Positions 1 through 12,794 of a stretch of DNA of 64,000 nt are shown here, piece after piece. The position numbers and the translations under genes were made by a program. Source of the DNA: Eledone cirrhosa (Eukaryota); contig OZ024743.1 in assembly GCA_964016885.1 (NCBI GenBank), forward strand, positions 90,644,001-90,708,000, given 5' to 3'. Below the pieces are notes generated by a model, which worked only from the letters and a program-made list of their open reading frames with translations, searched no databases and was not told the DNA's origin. Every line of letters starts with the position of its first letter. The stretch's first letter is position 1.

Positions 1-2540
1 TAGACGAACCTGGAGAAGAAAGATCTGGAAGCTGAAAGACCCCTCAGCCAGTAACAGATTTAAAGATATTTTACTCAACGCCTACGACAATAAAGAAGAA
101 CAAATAGAGACATTCTATGTAGAAGAGCACTGGGAGTTCCTAAAAAATAACTTACTAGAGGCGACGATGAGATCTGTGGCTGGAGTAAGACCACAAGCAG
201 GAGGAGAGTGACTTGGTGGTGGAACAATAAGGTAGATGAGGCAGTTAAGGCCAAGAGACAGGCATGGAAAGAATGGAAGAACGAGGGAAGCAGGGTACAT
301 TACATAGAGACCAAGAGGGAAGCTAGGCGACAAGTATACTTAGCTAGGAGGGAAGCAGAGGATAGAAAATTCAAGCATGTTTTGCAACGTGAGGACCAGA
401 AACAGGTGTTCAAGATTGCGAGGCAGTGTGTCAGAGAGTATTGTGATGTCATTGGAGAGAAGTGTATCCGGAATGATAAAGGTGAGCTTGCCCTTACAAG
501 TGCTGAGAAAAAAGATGCATGGAAGAGCCATTATGATAGATTACTAAATGAGGAGAATGCATAGAAAGAAGAGACCCTATAGAGAGGCCAGCAATACAAG
601 TCAGCAGCAGCGTAGTAAGTAAGGCAATCAAAGATATGAAGAGGGGGAAGGCAACCGGTCCATCGGGTATAGCTGCCGAGATGCTGAAGGCATCTGGGTC
701 TGTAGGTCACACTATAACCTCACGTATTGTTAACCAGGTAATACTAGAAGGTGTCATACCAAAAAGATTGGTGCAGTAGCATCATTGTCAACTGCTACAA
801 AGGTAAAGGTGATGCACTAGATAGAGGAAACTATAGAGGTATAAAGCTGATGGACCAGGTCATGAAAGTAACAGAAAGAGTTATAGCACAGTTGATTAGA
901 GACCGGGTGAAACTAGATGAGATGCAATTTGGGTTTGTACCAGGAAGAGGCACCACTGATGCCCTCTTCCTTGTGAGGCAGTTACAGGAAAAGTACCTAG
1001 CTAAAAGTAAGCCACTCTACCTAGCATTCGTCGATCTCGAGAAAGCCTTTGACAGAGTTCCACGTGCTATAATCTGGTGGGCTCTTAGAAAACTAGGAGT
1101 AGATGAATAGCTTGTGAAAGCTGTACAAGCCATGTATAGGGGAGCAGTCAGCAAAGTTAGGATTAGCAATGAGTATAGCGAGGAATTTAGCGTACAGGTT
1201 GGTGTCCACTAGGGCTCTGTTCTTAGCCCTCTCCTGTTCATCATAGTCCTGCAGGCAATAACAGAGGAGTTTAAGACCAGATGCCCATGGGAACTCCTGT
1301 ATGCAGATGACCTCGCACTTATAGCTGAATCTATGGTAGAACTAGAGAAGAAATTCCAAACTTGGAAGCAGGGACTAGAAAGAAAGGGTCTCAAAGTCAA
1401 CCTGACAAAGACTAAGGTCCTTGTAAGTAGACTAGAAAACAGAACCCAGATCCTCTCAGGGAAATGGCCTTGCTCAGTATGTAGGAAAGGTGTAGGTAGG
1501 AACTCCATTCTCTGCCCCAAATGCAAACAATGGGTACACAAGAGATGTAGCGGGATCTCAGGAAGCTTAATGAAGAATGTAGGCTTCACATGTAGCAACT
1601 GTGCTGGGACAGCAAGCAGCAAACAGCCACAGGAAACAAGTACCACCAATCTCTGGGAGGGCTCTGTAAACAGCTTCTGCTACCTAGGTGACCGAATTAG
1701 CAGCGGAGGTGGATGTTCAGAAAGTACAATAACTAGGGTAAGAACGGGATGGAAGAAGTTTAGGGAACTACTGCCACTGCTAGCCGCAAAAGGCTTTTCC
1801 CTCAAAATGAAAGGCAGACTGTATGATGCGTGTATCCGAACAGCAATGTTACATGGTAGTGAGACCTGGGCGCTGAAGGTAGAAGACTGACGTAGATTAG
1901 AAAGAAACGAAGCCTGCAGGCTCCGATGGATGTGTAATAGTAATATACGCGAACGGCAAAGCATAAATGAATTGAGAGAGACTGAGCATAAGAGGAATCA
2001 AATGATGTGTGCAGGAGAGGCGGTTGCGTTGGTATGGACATGTGATGCGTATGAAGGATGACAGCTGCATAAAAAGGTGCAGAGCACTAGAAGTGGGGAG
2101 ACCCGCGGAGTGGGGAGACCCAAGAAGACCTGGGATGAGATGATAAAAGCCGACCTTACCCAATTACACCTCTCAAAGGCGATGACACATGACCGTGACC
2201 TCTGGCGTCACGCAGTAATAGAGTACCCGACCTCTCATGGGTACAAGCTGAAGCATATAGACAATATGCCCCCACACCCTCCCACTGCAAAGTAGTCGTG
2301 GAGGTGCCATGGCAAAAAAGCACCCAGCCCACACTGTAAAGTAGGCGCCATGGAAAAAAGCACCCAACACTCACTGTAAATGAGGTTTGTGTTAGGAAGG
2401 GCATCCAGCTGTAGAAATCAAGCCAGGATCAGTTTCTGTATGAGCAAGGCATGGTCAGCCGACCAGACACTGCTCACAACAGGACAACCCATCTAACTCA
2501 TGCTAGCGTGGAGGAGCGAACGTAAAACGGTGATGATGAT
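1..2540 (+). mobile_element. RTE-clade LINE, decayed, truncated by window start
   Basis: RT motifs NYRGIKL, QFGFVPG, FVDLEKAFDRV and YADD, a PHD-like C4HC3 finger, GRPKKTW, and a (GAT)n tail. Contains stops and frameshifts. Confidence 0.95.
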
Positions 2541-2639
2541 AAAAATGGACAACTATAAACTTGCTTTCATCTCTCACCAAACAGAGAACTTGAAAATAAA
2601 TCTAAAGATACTTGAATTTTCACATGCTTTATAGGTACT

Positions 2640-5165
2640 ATGAAATACCCCACAGCCAGTAACAAATTTAAAAGCATATTACATAATGCTTTTGACAGTA
2701 AGGAAGAGTAATTAGAGACGTACAATATAGAGGAACAGTGGGAATTCTTGAAAGTTAACCTGCTAAAGGCAACAGATGAAATCTGTGGCTGGAGCAGACC
2801 TATAGGCAGGAGGAGAGTAACTTGGTGGTGGAACAGTAAGGTGGAAGAGACAATCTGGGCCAAAAAGCAAGCTTGGAAAGTATGGCGGGATGGGGGAAGT
2901 AGAGAACACTATCAAGTGGCTAGGAGACAAGTGTACTTGGCAAAAAGGGAAGCAGATGATAGAAATGTCAAGCATGTTCTACAATGCGAGGACCAAAAAC
3001 GTGAGGTGCTCAAGATCGCAAGACAATGTGTCAAGGAAAACCGTGATATTGTTGGGGAGAAGTGTGTCCATAATGATGATGGTGTACTTGCCCTCACTGA
3101 TACTGATAAGAAGGTAGCTTGGAAGTGTCACTATGAGAGACTACTAATTGAGGAGAATAAATGGGAGAAAAATAGCCTGCCCCCTCAAATCAATCCAATA
3201 GAGGGATCAGTGGTGCAAGTTAAAGGTAGTATAATAAGTAAGGCAATAAAAAATATGAAGACAGGCAAGGCAGTTGGGCCTTCAGAGATAGTTGCTGAGA
3301 TATTGAAAGCATCTGGAATGGTGGTACATACTATGGTCACCCGGATAGTAAACCAAGTAATACAGAATGGGGTCATATCAAATGACTGGTGTAGCAGCAG
3401 CATCATTAACTGCTACAAGGGCAAAGGAGATGCTCTAGATAGAGGAAACTATAGAGGCATTAAGTTAGTTGATCAGGTCATGAAGGTCACAGAAAGAGTT
3501 ATTGCACAACTAATTAGTGACCGAATTGATCTAGATGAAATGCAGTTTGGGTTTGTGCCAGGTAAAAGTACCATGGATGCTCTTTTCCTTGTACGGCAAC
3601 TACAGGAGAAGTACCTAGCTAGAAGTAAACCCCTCTACATAGCCTTTGTTGACTTGGAGAAAGCCTTTGACAGAGTCCTCCACTCCATTATCTGGTGGGC
3701 CCTTAGAAAATTAGGAGTAGATGAATGGCTTGTGAGAGCTATACAAGCCATGTATAAAGCAACAGTCAGCAAGGTCAGGAAGAATTTAGCGTAAAAGTAG
3801 GTGTTCATCAAGGCTCTGTCCTTAGCCCCCTCCTGTTTATTATTGCCTTTCAGGCTATAACAAAGGAGTTTAAGACCGGCTGCCCATGGGAACTTCTATA
3901 TGCAGATGATCTAATTCTCATAGCTGAATCTATGGCTGAACTAGAGATGAAATTCCAAACATGGAAGCATGGCCTAGAATCAAAAGGCCTTAAAGTTAAC
4001 TTGTCTAACACTAAAGTTCTAGTATGTAGAAAGGAAAATAGGGCACAGGTCCCCTCTGGAAATGGTCATGCTCAGTGTGTAGGAGAGGAGTAGGCAGAAA
4101 TTCCATTCTATGCCCCAAATGCAAACTATGCGTACATAAAAGATGTAGCGGGATCACAGGCAAGCTATCAAAGAATATAGATTTTATATGTGGCCGATGT
4201 TCAGGTGCAATAAGTATCAAGTGCCCACAGGATACTAGCTCCTTCTATTGCCCAGATGGTTCTATAGAAATAGTGGACACTTTCTGTTACCTGGGTGACA
4301 AAATCAGCAGTGGAGGAGGGTGCTCTGAAAGTACAGTAGCCAGAGTTAGAACGGGATGGAAAAAGTTCAGAGAGCTTATACCGCTGTTGGCCACAAAAGG
4401 TTTCTCTCTAAAAATGAAAGGTAGATTGTATGATGCTTGTATACGAACAGCAATGTTACATGGCATGCTCCGTTGGATTGTAATAGTAATATACATGAAC
4501 GGCAAAACATAAATGAACTAAGTGAGAAATTAGGAATAAGAGGGATCAGATGCTGTTTACTTGAGAGATTACGTTGGTATGGTCATGTGATGTGCATGAA
4601 AGACGACAAGTGTAAAAAAATGATCAGGGTGATCAAAATTGATGGAAGTTATGGAGTAGGTAGACCCAGAAAAAGCTGGTATGACATGATAAATTCCGAC
4701 CTTACACCTCTCTAAGACAATGTCACTGGATTGAGATCTTTGGTGTCACGCAGTAATACAGAAGACCCGCCTTCCTTACATACAAAGCGAAACCTACAGT
4801 CAGTAGGCCCCTCCTAACCAAATATATACCCCAACTCCATCCTCCCACTAACACTACCCTTTTTCTGTAAAGTTATGTTGGTACCACAACATCCAGTTCA
4901 AACTAAAGAGGTCGTGTAGGTGTCACGACAAAAAAAAAACACAGTCCACGCTGTAATTTGGCCGTGTAGGAAACATGGTAAAAAGGCTCCCAGTCCACAC
5001 TGTAAATGTGGTTGGTGTTAGGAAGGGTATCCAGTCGTAGAAAACCTGCCAGATACAGTTCTATACGAGCGAGACACGGTCACCCGATCAATCTTGTCTC
5101 AAGTGGGACAATTCCCATCTAACCCATGCTAACGTGGAAGATAGATATTAAACGATGATGATGAT
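2640..5165 (+). mobile_element. RTE-clade LINE, 5'-truncated
   Basis: ORFs 2748-3794 and 4075-4512 carry RT and PHD motifs. RTE 3' UTR with (GAT)n tail. Confidence 0.95.
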
Positions 5166-5179
5166 GATATATATATAAA

Positions 5180-5796
5180 TAAAGCCTGCATGCTCCGATG
5201 GATGTGTAATAGTAATATACAAGAACAGAGAAAGAAAATAGGTATAAGAGGAATCAAATGCCATGTGGAGGAGAGGAGATTGCGTTGGTATGGACATGTG
5301 TTGCGTATGAAGGATGACAGCTGCATAAAAAAGTGCAGAGTGCTCAAAATCGCCGGAAGCCTTGGAGTGGGGAGACTCAGGAAGACTTGAGATGAAGTGA
5401 TAAAAGTCAACCCTGCTCAATTGCACCTCTCAAAGGTGACGACACACGACCGGGATCTCTGGCGATATGCAGAAGACCCAACTTCCCACAAGCACAAGCT
5501 GATGCATATATACAGTATACCCCACCCCTCAGCCCACACTGTAAAGAGGACGTCTAAAAGGCATGGTAAAAAGCACCCAGCCCACATTGTAAAGTGGACG
5601 TGTTAAAGACACGGCAAAAGGCACCCAGCACACACTATTAATGTGGTTGGCGTTAGGAAGAGCATCTAACCATAGGAAAACCAGCCAGAAACACCCCAAA
5701 ATGAGCGAGACAGTCACTCGACCCAACTTGCTTCTCTAATTGAGACCCGTCGAATCCATGCTAGCGTGGAAGATAGACGTTAATCGATGATGATGA
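5180..5796 (+). mobile_element. RTE LINE 3' fragment
   Basis: MLRWMC...RRLRWYGHV, 3' UTR modules and (GAT)n tail. Confidence 0.9.
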
Positions 5797-5799
5797 TAT

Positions 5800-6930
5800 A
5801 TACATGCAAAGTATGTTCAATAAGTAAAACAAAATTTCAAGGGAGGCTTTAAATATCATTCAATTAGAATGTATATATGTATAAAGAGACTAACTGGCGA
5901 CATCCTATCTGCCTAGGTTGGAACACAACAGCAGTGTATGTGATGGAACCAGTGTAATTTGGTTTGCCAATCTGTCAACATGTGGCAAGATGCAGGGAAA
6001 TATGGAACAATGTTATGCCATCAAATTTTGTATTAAACTTAAGAAAACCAAACAAGAAGCCAATGGTATGTTAGAGGAGGCCTAAGGGAGTGAATTGATG
6101 AGCAAAGCAAGATTTTACAGATGGTCTAAATGATTTTCTCAAGGAAATGAACAGGTTGAGGATGAATGCAGATCTGGAGCACTGAACAGTACACTAAAAG
6201 AGGGAAAAATTGAGGAAATGTGAAAGTTAGCAATGCAAAACTGTTAGAATGATTTCTGAAACTGTTGATATTAGTATTGGTACAAAGGAGACAATTCTGA
6301 CTAAAGATCTGAAACTTCACAAAATCTGTGCCAAAGATCCACTCCGACAACCAGAGGCAGTTTCATATGGAATGTTGTAGTGACATTGTCGATATGATAT
6401 AGGCTGATTCTAGTTTCCTGAATAAAGTAATGACTTACGACGAGAGTTGGGTATTCACCTATGACCCTGAAAACAATTGACAGAGTGCTCAGTGGAAGCA
6501 TGTAATCCTCCCCAAGACCCAAGAAGGCTAAGACGAGCGGGTCTCAAGAGAAGGTCATGGTCATTCCTTTCTTTGACACCCAGGGGTTGAATGGGTTCCT
6601 GAGGGGTAAACCATCAACAAGGAGTATAACCATGAAATTATGAAAAGGTTCAGGGAAGAAAAGGCCACAGCAGTGGTGGCTCCACCAAGATAATGCCCCA
6701 TGCCATAAATCAATGCTGGTGACCACCTTGTGGTACAACATGGCTCCTTGTGACATCTTCCTGTTTCCATGCATGAGAGAGCCTCACAGAAATGGGATTT
6801 AAGTCAACACAAGAGCCAAAGGTGGCATTGGCAAATTTCCTGATAGGACTGTATAAGAAGCATGGGAGGAGGTCTGTAGATGCAAGAGGTCATTACTTTG
6901 AAGGAGTCAAAGTTTTGTAAACTTACGAAA
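5800..6930 (+). mobile_element. Tc1/mariner transposase remnant
   Basis: From 6002: MEQCYAIKFCIKLKKTKQEA...FYRW (mariner HTH), then VMTYDESWVFTYDPE and LHQDNAPCH catalytic-like motifs. Disrupted. Confidence 0.85.
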
Positions 6931-7247
6931 ATGTATCTCTCGAAAGTAAAAGTAAAATGTGGTGAGAGACTGGAGGCTGCAGTGTTTGGCAATCTAAACT
7001 GAATGGAGACAACATAGGATTGGAGAGGACTCTCTAGTCTTGTGAAGCATATGACGACAACAGCTATCGTGCAGGTCACATGAAAAATACACTCAGCATA
7101 CTCTAAGATGGTTGGTGTTAGAAAAAGCCAGATATGGAAGAAACTGAGCAACATTGGTCACATCGACCTGTTTAGCCTCGTGACAATCCATGTCAATGTG
7201 GAAAAGAGATGAACAATGATGAACATAAAAAAATAAAAAATAAGTAC

Positions 7248-7415
7248 CTTTAGTCTTGATGCAGTGTAAGGCTCCATAACTTTCCTGACATCATGTACCA
7301 ACTGTTGGACATACTTCCCAACATTTCCACTCTTAATGACAAATGAATGAGGAGCTTTTTTAAAATCAGAATCTTCCTCTTTTTGTGCTGCTTTATGTGC
7401 ACGCACTGACTTAGC
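7248..7415 (-). CDS. PPAN: PPAN / Ssf1 Brix-domain ribosome biogenesis factor, coding exon 2
   Basis: Acceptor ttgtttctcttccag, 168 nt encoding AKSVRAHKAAQKEEDSDFKKAPHSFVIKSGNVGKYVQQLVHDVRKVMEPYTASRLK, then a GT donor. PHSFV...DVRKVMEPxTASRL is the start of the PPAN Brix domain. Later exons lie left of the window. Confidence 0.9.
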
Positions 7416-7499
7416 CTGGAAGAGAAACAAGTGACAATGTTATTAGCACAACAAACTTCAGAAAGAATACAAAGGTTTTTTCCCTACTCTTAAAATGTT

Positions 7500-7905
7500 A
7501 TGGTATAATTTGTGGGGTAGGAAAAGTTGGTTAGATCGACTACAGTATTGACTACCCACAGGTGTGAGCCTTGCGAGCTGGAATGGCTCTTCCAGCATGT
7601 CTGCCTCCCCATCCTCCGGGGAAATGCCTTCTCTATTCTGTCTGCAAGGCAGTCAGCTCATCAGCCCCTATTTGCTTATAATAGTGAGAGATGGGGAGAG
7701 CAGGAGAAACAGTGACAGTGGGAGTTTAGTTCCATTGTGTCCAGACCTGGTGTATATGTATATATTTATTTACCACAGTATGTAACTGGTACCTGATTTT
7801 ATCGACCCAGGAAGGATGAAGGGTAAAGTTGACCTCAACGGGACTTGAACTCTTGAGTGCAGAGAGCCAGAACAAATACTGCAAAACATTATATCAACTC
7901 TGCCA
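7500..7905 (-). mobile_element. SINE remnant (with internal insertion)
   Basis: Shares the actggtac...ttatcgaccc...aggatgaa.g..aaagttgacct...ttgaactc block with SINE copies at 15.2, 19.0 and 52 kb. Confidence 0.6.
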
Positions 7906-9574
7906 ATTTGTCACCTTGATACAAATTAATAATGATTTCTTTATTTGTCAAAAAGAATTAGTGACGATAAAATGTTTGAAAACATTGTTGCTGGGCCTCC
8001 ACCAGTTTCGACAATGATGAGCAGTTGATGTGATCAACGAAACAGCCTGCTCGTGAAATTAAGGTGCTAGTGTAGAGGTGAGGAACCTCTTCCTGTTACA
8101 AGGCTGCATTAAGTTACTGCTAATATAATAAGACTGTATTCAAGAAACCATAATTATATATTCTTAAAATCTACATTATTTTGTAAAAATCTAATTACTA
8201 TGTACTAATTATCTAAAAAACAAAAATAAAAAATAAATTCTAAAGCTAACCCCCTATTAAAGACTTTCTTGTGACTGCTTGCTGTAGGAAAGTATTTTGC
8301 TATTTGGTTGCAACATGGAGGTCCGAACCTCTAAATGGGCATCCGCCATTTGTGATCAAGTGTGATGATTTTGGTAAGGTAAGAGAATGTAGATTCACAG
8401 CAACAAGAGGTTGAAAAGCAAGAGAGTATTTTCCGTGTATGTTACCGAAGGTATGGGTATTCTATTGTATTTTTCCATATCTCAATCAGATCTTTCTTAA
8501 CATCAAATAAGGAAATTATAATATCATCTTCTGAGAGCTCAGTCAATTCCATCTGTAATTCTATGGGAGCCTTGGAAATAACTAGGTGAGGTTGAAATGC
8601 TAACTTGAGTGAGATGTCATGATACTCAAAACCAATTTTAGCAAGTTACAAAACTGAGGGTGCATTTGCACAAATATCATTCATCATCATTCAACCCCAT
8701 CTCTCTCTGTGGAGCATAGGCCATTGACCCTCCAACATTGTACTCAATCCTGGGTTGCTCTCGCCACTCCACTCTTGTTGGCTCAATATTTACAACTTGT
8801 TGCAAAGTATCGTTTATTTGTAGTTTTGTCTGCGGTGTGCAGCCCAAATACTGCCCCACCCTAGGCCCATCATCCTCTCCTCTTTCCCCTCCCTTTATTC
8901 TGTGGCTCAAGAGTCCCTGCTTTCCCCTTCATTTATAGTCTTTTCTTCTACTTTCCCATACAGTCAGATCTACTCTTCTTCACCCCTTCCCCATTACTTA
9001 AATTTTGCTTTTATCTTTTTCTTCTTCATATTTATGTAATTATCAATGGTTTTTAAAAGATGAAGAAAAAAAAACAAAAACAAAAATAGCTTTAGTACAG
9101 ATGTGCATTCTAGAATCACATTGGAACTAAAACATGAGCATAGAAAGTGCTGAAATGGCCCTTATGATCTATTAGTTTTTAAATTCTGGACGTCTGTCAG
9201 TGTGGATTATTTCATTGAATTTTCTTTAACTCTTTGGTATTTAAAATACGTTCATCTTATGGTTTAAATTAAAATAATAAGAGATAGACAAAAAGATAAT
9301 AAAAATCTAAAATTTGTTGGAAATTTTTGATTCTTTCAAAAGGCCACAGGTTCCCCACCTCTGTGCTGGTGGTTGAGTATTCTAGACTTGTACCATTAAC
9401 GTTGTTCTCAGGGAGAGTGAGGCAGCTTGTGACACAGATTGCCCTCCGTTGGTTCCGATGATGAGTGTTCCAGTTAATTCAAGTACATATACCATTAACG
9501 TAGTTCTGAGATTCGGTGAGACAGTGTGTGATAAGGCTGTCTCTCAATTATAGGTACAACTAACTTTTCCTGGT

Positions 9575-10175
9575 GTGTTCAACCTCTATCAGTTCCAACA
9601 AGCTTGGCCTGCACCCACTGTTTTGCCAGCAGAGCGCAGGCCATTTCCCCTGACATGCCGCTCTCAACGATATATTGGAACCTGGATGCAGCTGGCTTCC
9701 CATCACAAGTCGAACCAGCAGACCTCGATCACAGAGACAGCAAGCGCCCCGACAGAATTACCTTTTCCCATTCGCAGGAGGTAGATCCCTCATCTGGGAC
9801 ACCACATGTTGTTACATGCTCTCCGCTTCCAACACAAACTCAGGTACTGCGACCCATAATGCAGAAAAAAGGAAGACAAACAAATACCGGACTTGTCCGG
9901 CCGTTTCCTCTCAGCACCGGTCGCCATCGAGACCTCAGGAGTACTTTGACTCCGCAAGATTGGAACGTCAGCAGCCTGTCTGAGGAAGGAGCCCCACAAA
10001 GTGGGGTGGCTCTTGGCGCAGGTATCGCTGGGCATTGTCTGCAGAAATGCTTTTGCGGGTCTTATCCACAGGGTGCAGCACAAATACCGCTGCGTCCTAG
10101 ACTCAGAGTAAATCCTCCTCCTATTATTCTGTGGCTCTACAGCCCATGCTTTCCCGTTTTTAAATATTTATAGTG
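9575..10175 (+). mobile_element. CRE-clade non-LTR retrotransposon 3' fragment (restriction-like endonuclease) nested in a SINE
   Basis: FPSQVEP...DSKRPD.IT, GRSLIWDTTC, AEKRKTNKY, PVAIETSG. SINE pieces flank it at about 9490-9575 and 10190-10370. A related 3' end occurs at 8880-8940. Confidence 0.75.
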
Positions 10176-11401
10176 TTTTTCTAAGTGTACCCATAACGTA
10201 GTTCTTAGGGAGATCCAGAGTAACACAATACATGATAAAGCTGGTCCTTTAAATTATGGGTACAACTAATTTCGAGCTGAGCGGACTGGAGTATTATGAC
10301 GGACTCAACACGGCGCCGGGAATCGAACTCACAGCCGTACGATCGTAATCTGAAAACCCTAACTACTTCAAAAATATTTCCAATCTGTTTATTTTTTTAA
10401 TTTCGTTCAGTCATAAATTACAACCATGGCCAGTTCATAAAGCATCTACAGGCTATTGAAGTTACAGTACAGTCACTATTTATGGCAGGGGTTGGCACAG
10501 ATGTATGTGCATGTCATCACTGCCTCCTATTATAAGCAAATAGGGGACCCGCGACCCCGGCAGACAGAATAATGTTCAATTATTGAAGTATAAGCGATAG
10601 CCTTATACAAAATAACCGTCACCAACTTGGCGGAAGTCCATTATACTAACATCCCTCACATTGATTTCTGTAAACATAAAATCTCGTATTAGCATGTCCA
10701 TAAGTTATATTTGATGGTATAACTGAATTAAAATATATCAACATAAACAATTATCGTAAAGAAAATTGCAATTTTTAATGAATTTTAAATATATAAAGAT
10801 AGCGAAAATCAAACAATTATAAAGAATACGAGTAAATTTTAATAGTATATAAAAATGCTACACGTGTCTTGGAAATATTGTATAATTTAATAATCTTAAA
10901 CTCGTTAAAGAACAAAATATAGAATCAAATAAGAAAATATATTTCTTTTCTAGAAGTACTTCTACTTAAAAATGGTTATTGAAAATTAATTATAGGTTAA
11001 TTAGGATTTAATTACAACTGTTAGTTATTCCTAACCATGTGTTAATGTAAAACCTCACGTGTGTTTATATGTATATTTTTATTATCATGAATGAACACAA
11101 CCTACGTATATATATATATATATACATATATATGCTGTTTTTATTCTGGTGGCGCTTATTGTGTTCACTTTACGATGAGGCCTTTTAGATAACAATAAAT
11201 AAAGAAAATAAGAATATTCTGAACGTGTTTAGGACCCACGAAATGTTTCAAGTGTTACAGTGTCGCTTGGATTTTCTTTGATTGTAGCTCCGAAAATATA
11301 CATTTTACATTAAATTCAATAGTATTAAACGTAAGACAAAACATCAGCAAAAATAAACAGAAAATGTCAGGGACGAGAGAAGTAATTTAAAGAACTCTTA
11401 C

Positions 11402-11416
11402 CCGTTTTCGTGGCAT
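11402..11416 (-). CDS. PPAN: PPAN / Suppressor of SWI4 1 homolog, coding exon 1 (MPRKR)
   Basis: Minus strand reads ATG CCA CGA AAA CGG then a GTAAGA donor. Phase 0, in frame with the exon at 7415-7248. Vertebrate PPAN also has a very short first coding exon. Confidence 0.75.
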
Positions 11417-11770
11417 AACCCTAGAATATTTAGTGGAATGAAGACTTTAGGGGTGAATTAACTTCCCAATAATTTCCGCAGTCTTCTATGATTATCTCCC
11501 TTGAAAATAACTTTAAAATGAAAAATAGTTTCCGCCTCTTTCTTTACCTTCTCTCTCTCATCGATGTTTCTCTTTCATCGAGTATTCTGTATCACAGTCT
11601 GTGTTTTTCTAATCTCCGCCCCTTCTTTCTTTGTTTCTTTCTTTGTCTTAACGTAAACGAAAAGTCCCTTCCGGGTGAAGAATGCACCTCTCAGATTACC
11701 TAATAGTCAGTGACTTACTATTTAGAGCTGAGCTAAACGAATTTAGATACAGAGGGCAACCCGGAGGAGA
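11417..11770 (-). promoter_or_regulatory. Putative PPAN 5' UTR / promoter with ETS-like CCGGAAG (11674-11668)
   Basis: Unique sequence directly upstream of the PPAN ATG. An ETS core motif is typical of housekeeping promoters. Confidence 0.3.
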
Positions 11771-12794
11771 AGGATATGGAAATTGAAGGAGGCCTCAGCT
11801 TGTAACAAATTTAAGGATATCTAATTTGACGCTTTTGACAATAAAGAAGAAGAAATAGTGAGACAATATAGTAGAGCAGTGGAAGTTCCTGAGAGACATT
11901 CTACTGAAGGCCACAAATGAGGTATGTGGCTGGAGCAACTTGGTGGTGGAATAGTTGGGTGGCTGAAATAAATAAGGCCAAGAGATAGGCATGGAAGGAA
12001 TGGCAAAATGGGGCTAGCAGAGAGCTTTACCAAGTGGCAAGGAGAGAGGTGAGGCGATAAGGATACTTTGCAAGGATGAAAGCAGAAAGTAAAACGTGTA
12101 TGTAAGTTATGTGGCATGATGATCAAAGACATGAAGTGTTCAAGATCACAAGGCAGTGTGTCAGGGAAAATAGTGATGTTGTCGGAGAGAAGTGTGCCCG
12201 TGACGACAATGGTGCGCTTGCCCTCACTGAAACTGGCAAGAAAGCAGCATGGAAGTATTATTTGGAGAGACTGATGAACGAGGAGAATGTTTGAGAAGAA
12301 GTTAGTGGACCCTACAGAGGGACCAGCAGTACAAGTTAGTAGCAGTATAAAAAATAAAGCAATTAAGAATATGAAAACAGGCAAAGAAGCGGGGCCATCG
12401 GGAATAGTTGGTGAGACGCTGAAAGTATCTGGGATGGTAGGACACACCATAACCATCTATATTGTTAACCAAGTAATACAAAATGGTGCCATACCCAATG
12501 ACTGGCGTAGTAGCAGCATCGTCAACTACTACAAGGGCAAAAGTGATGCACTAGACAAAGGAAACTATTGTGGCATCAAACTGAGGAACCAGGTCATGAA
12601 AGCTATAGACAACATCATTAAATTAACCTAGATGAGATGCAGTTCGGATTTGTGTCAGGAAATAGTACCGCGGACGCCCTCTTCCTTGTGAAGCAACTGC
12701 AGAAGTATATAACTAAAAGCAAACCCCTCTACTTAGCATTTGTCGACTTAGAGAAAGCTTTTAACAGGACCCCCTGTTCTGTAATCTAGTTGGC

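Noticed and set aside
8010-8062. ATGATGA-stem-GAAA hammerhead look-alike
   Set aside because: Resembles a SINE tail (gttgat..gatcaacg.aacagcctgctcgtgaaattaa). Core starts with A, and stems I and III do not form.
10407-10520. Possible intronic C/D snoRNA in PPAN (GTGATGA...CTGA on minus strand)
   Set aside because: No terminal stem, no clear D'/C' boxes and no rRNA antisense element I could recognise. A snoscan/Infernal search would settle it.
12271-12290. CTGATGA hits inside RTE ORFs (also 41411, 46451, 46768, 48028) and in the 51262 exon
   Set aside because: Codon coincidences without stems.
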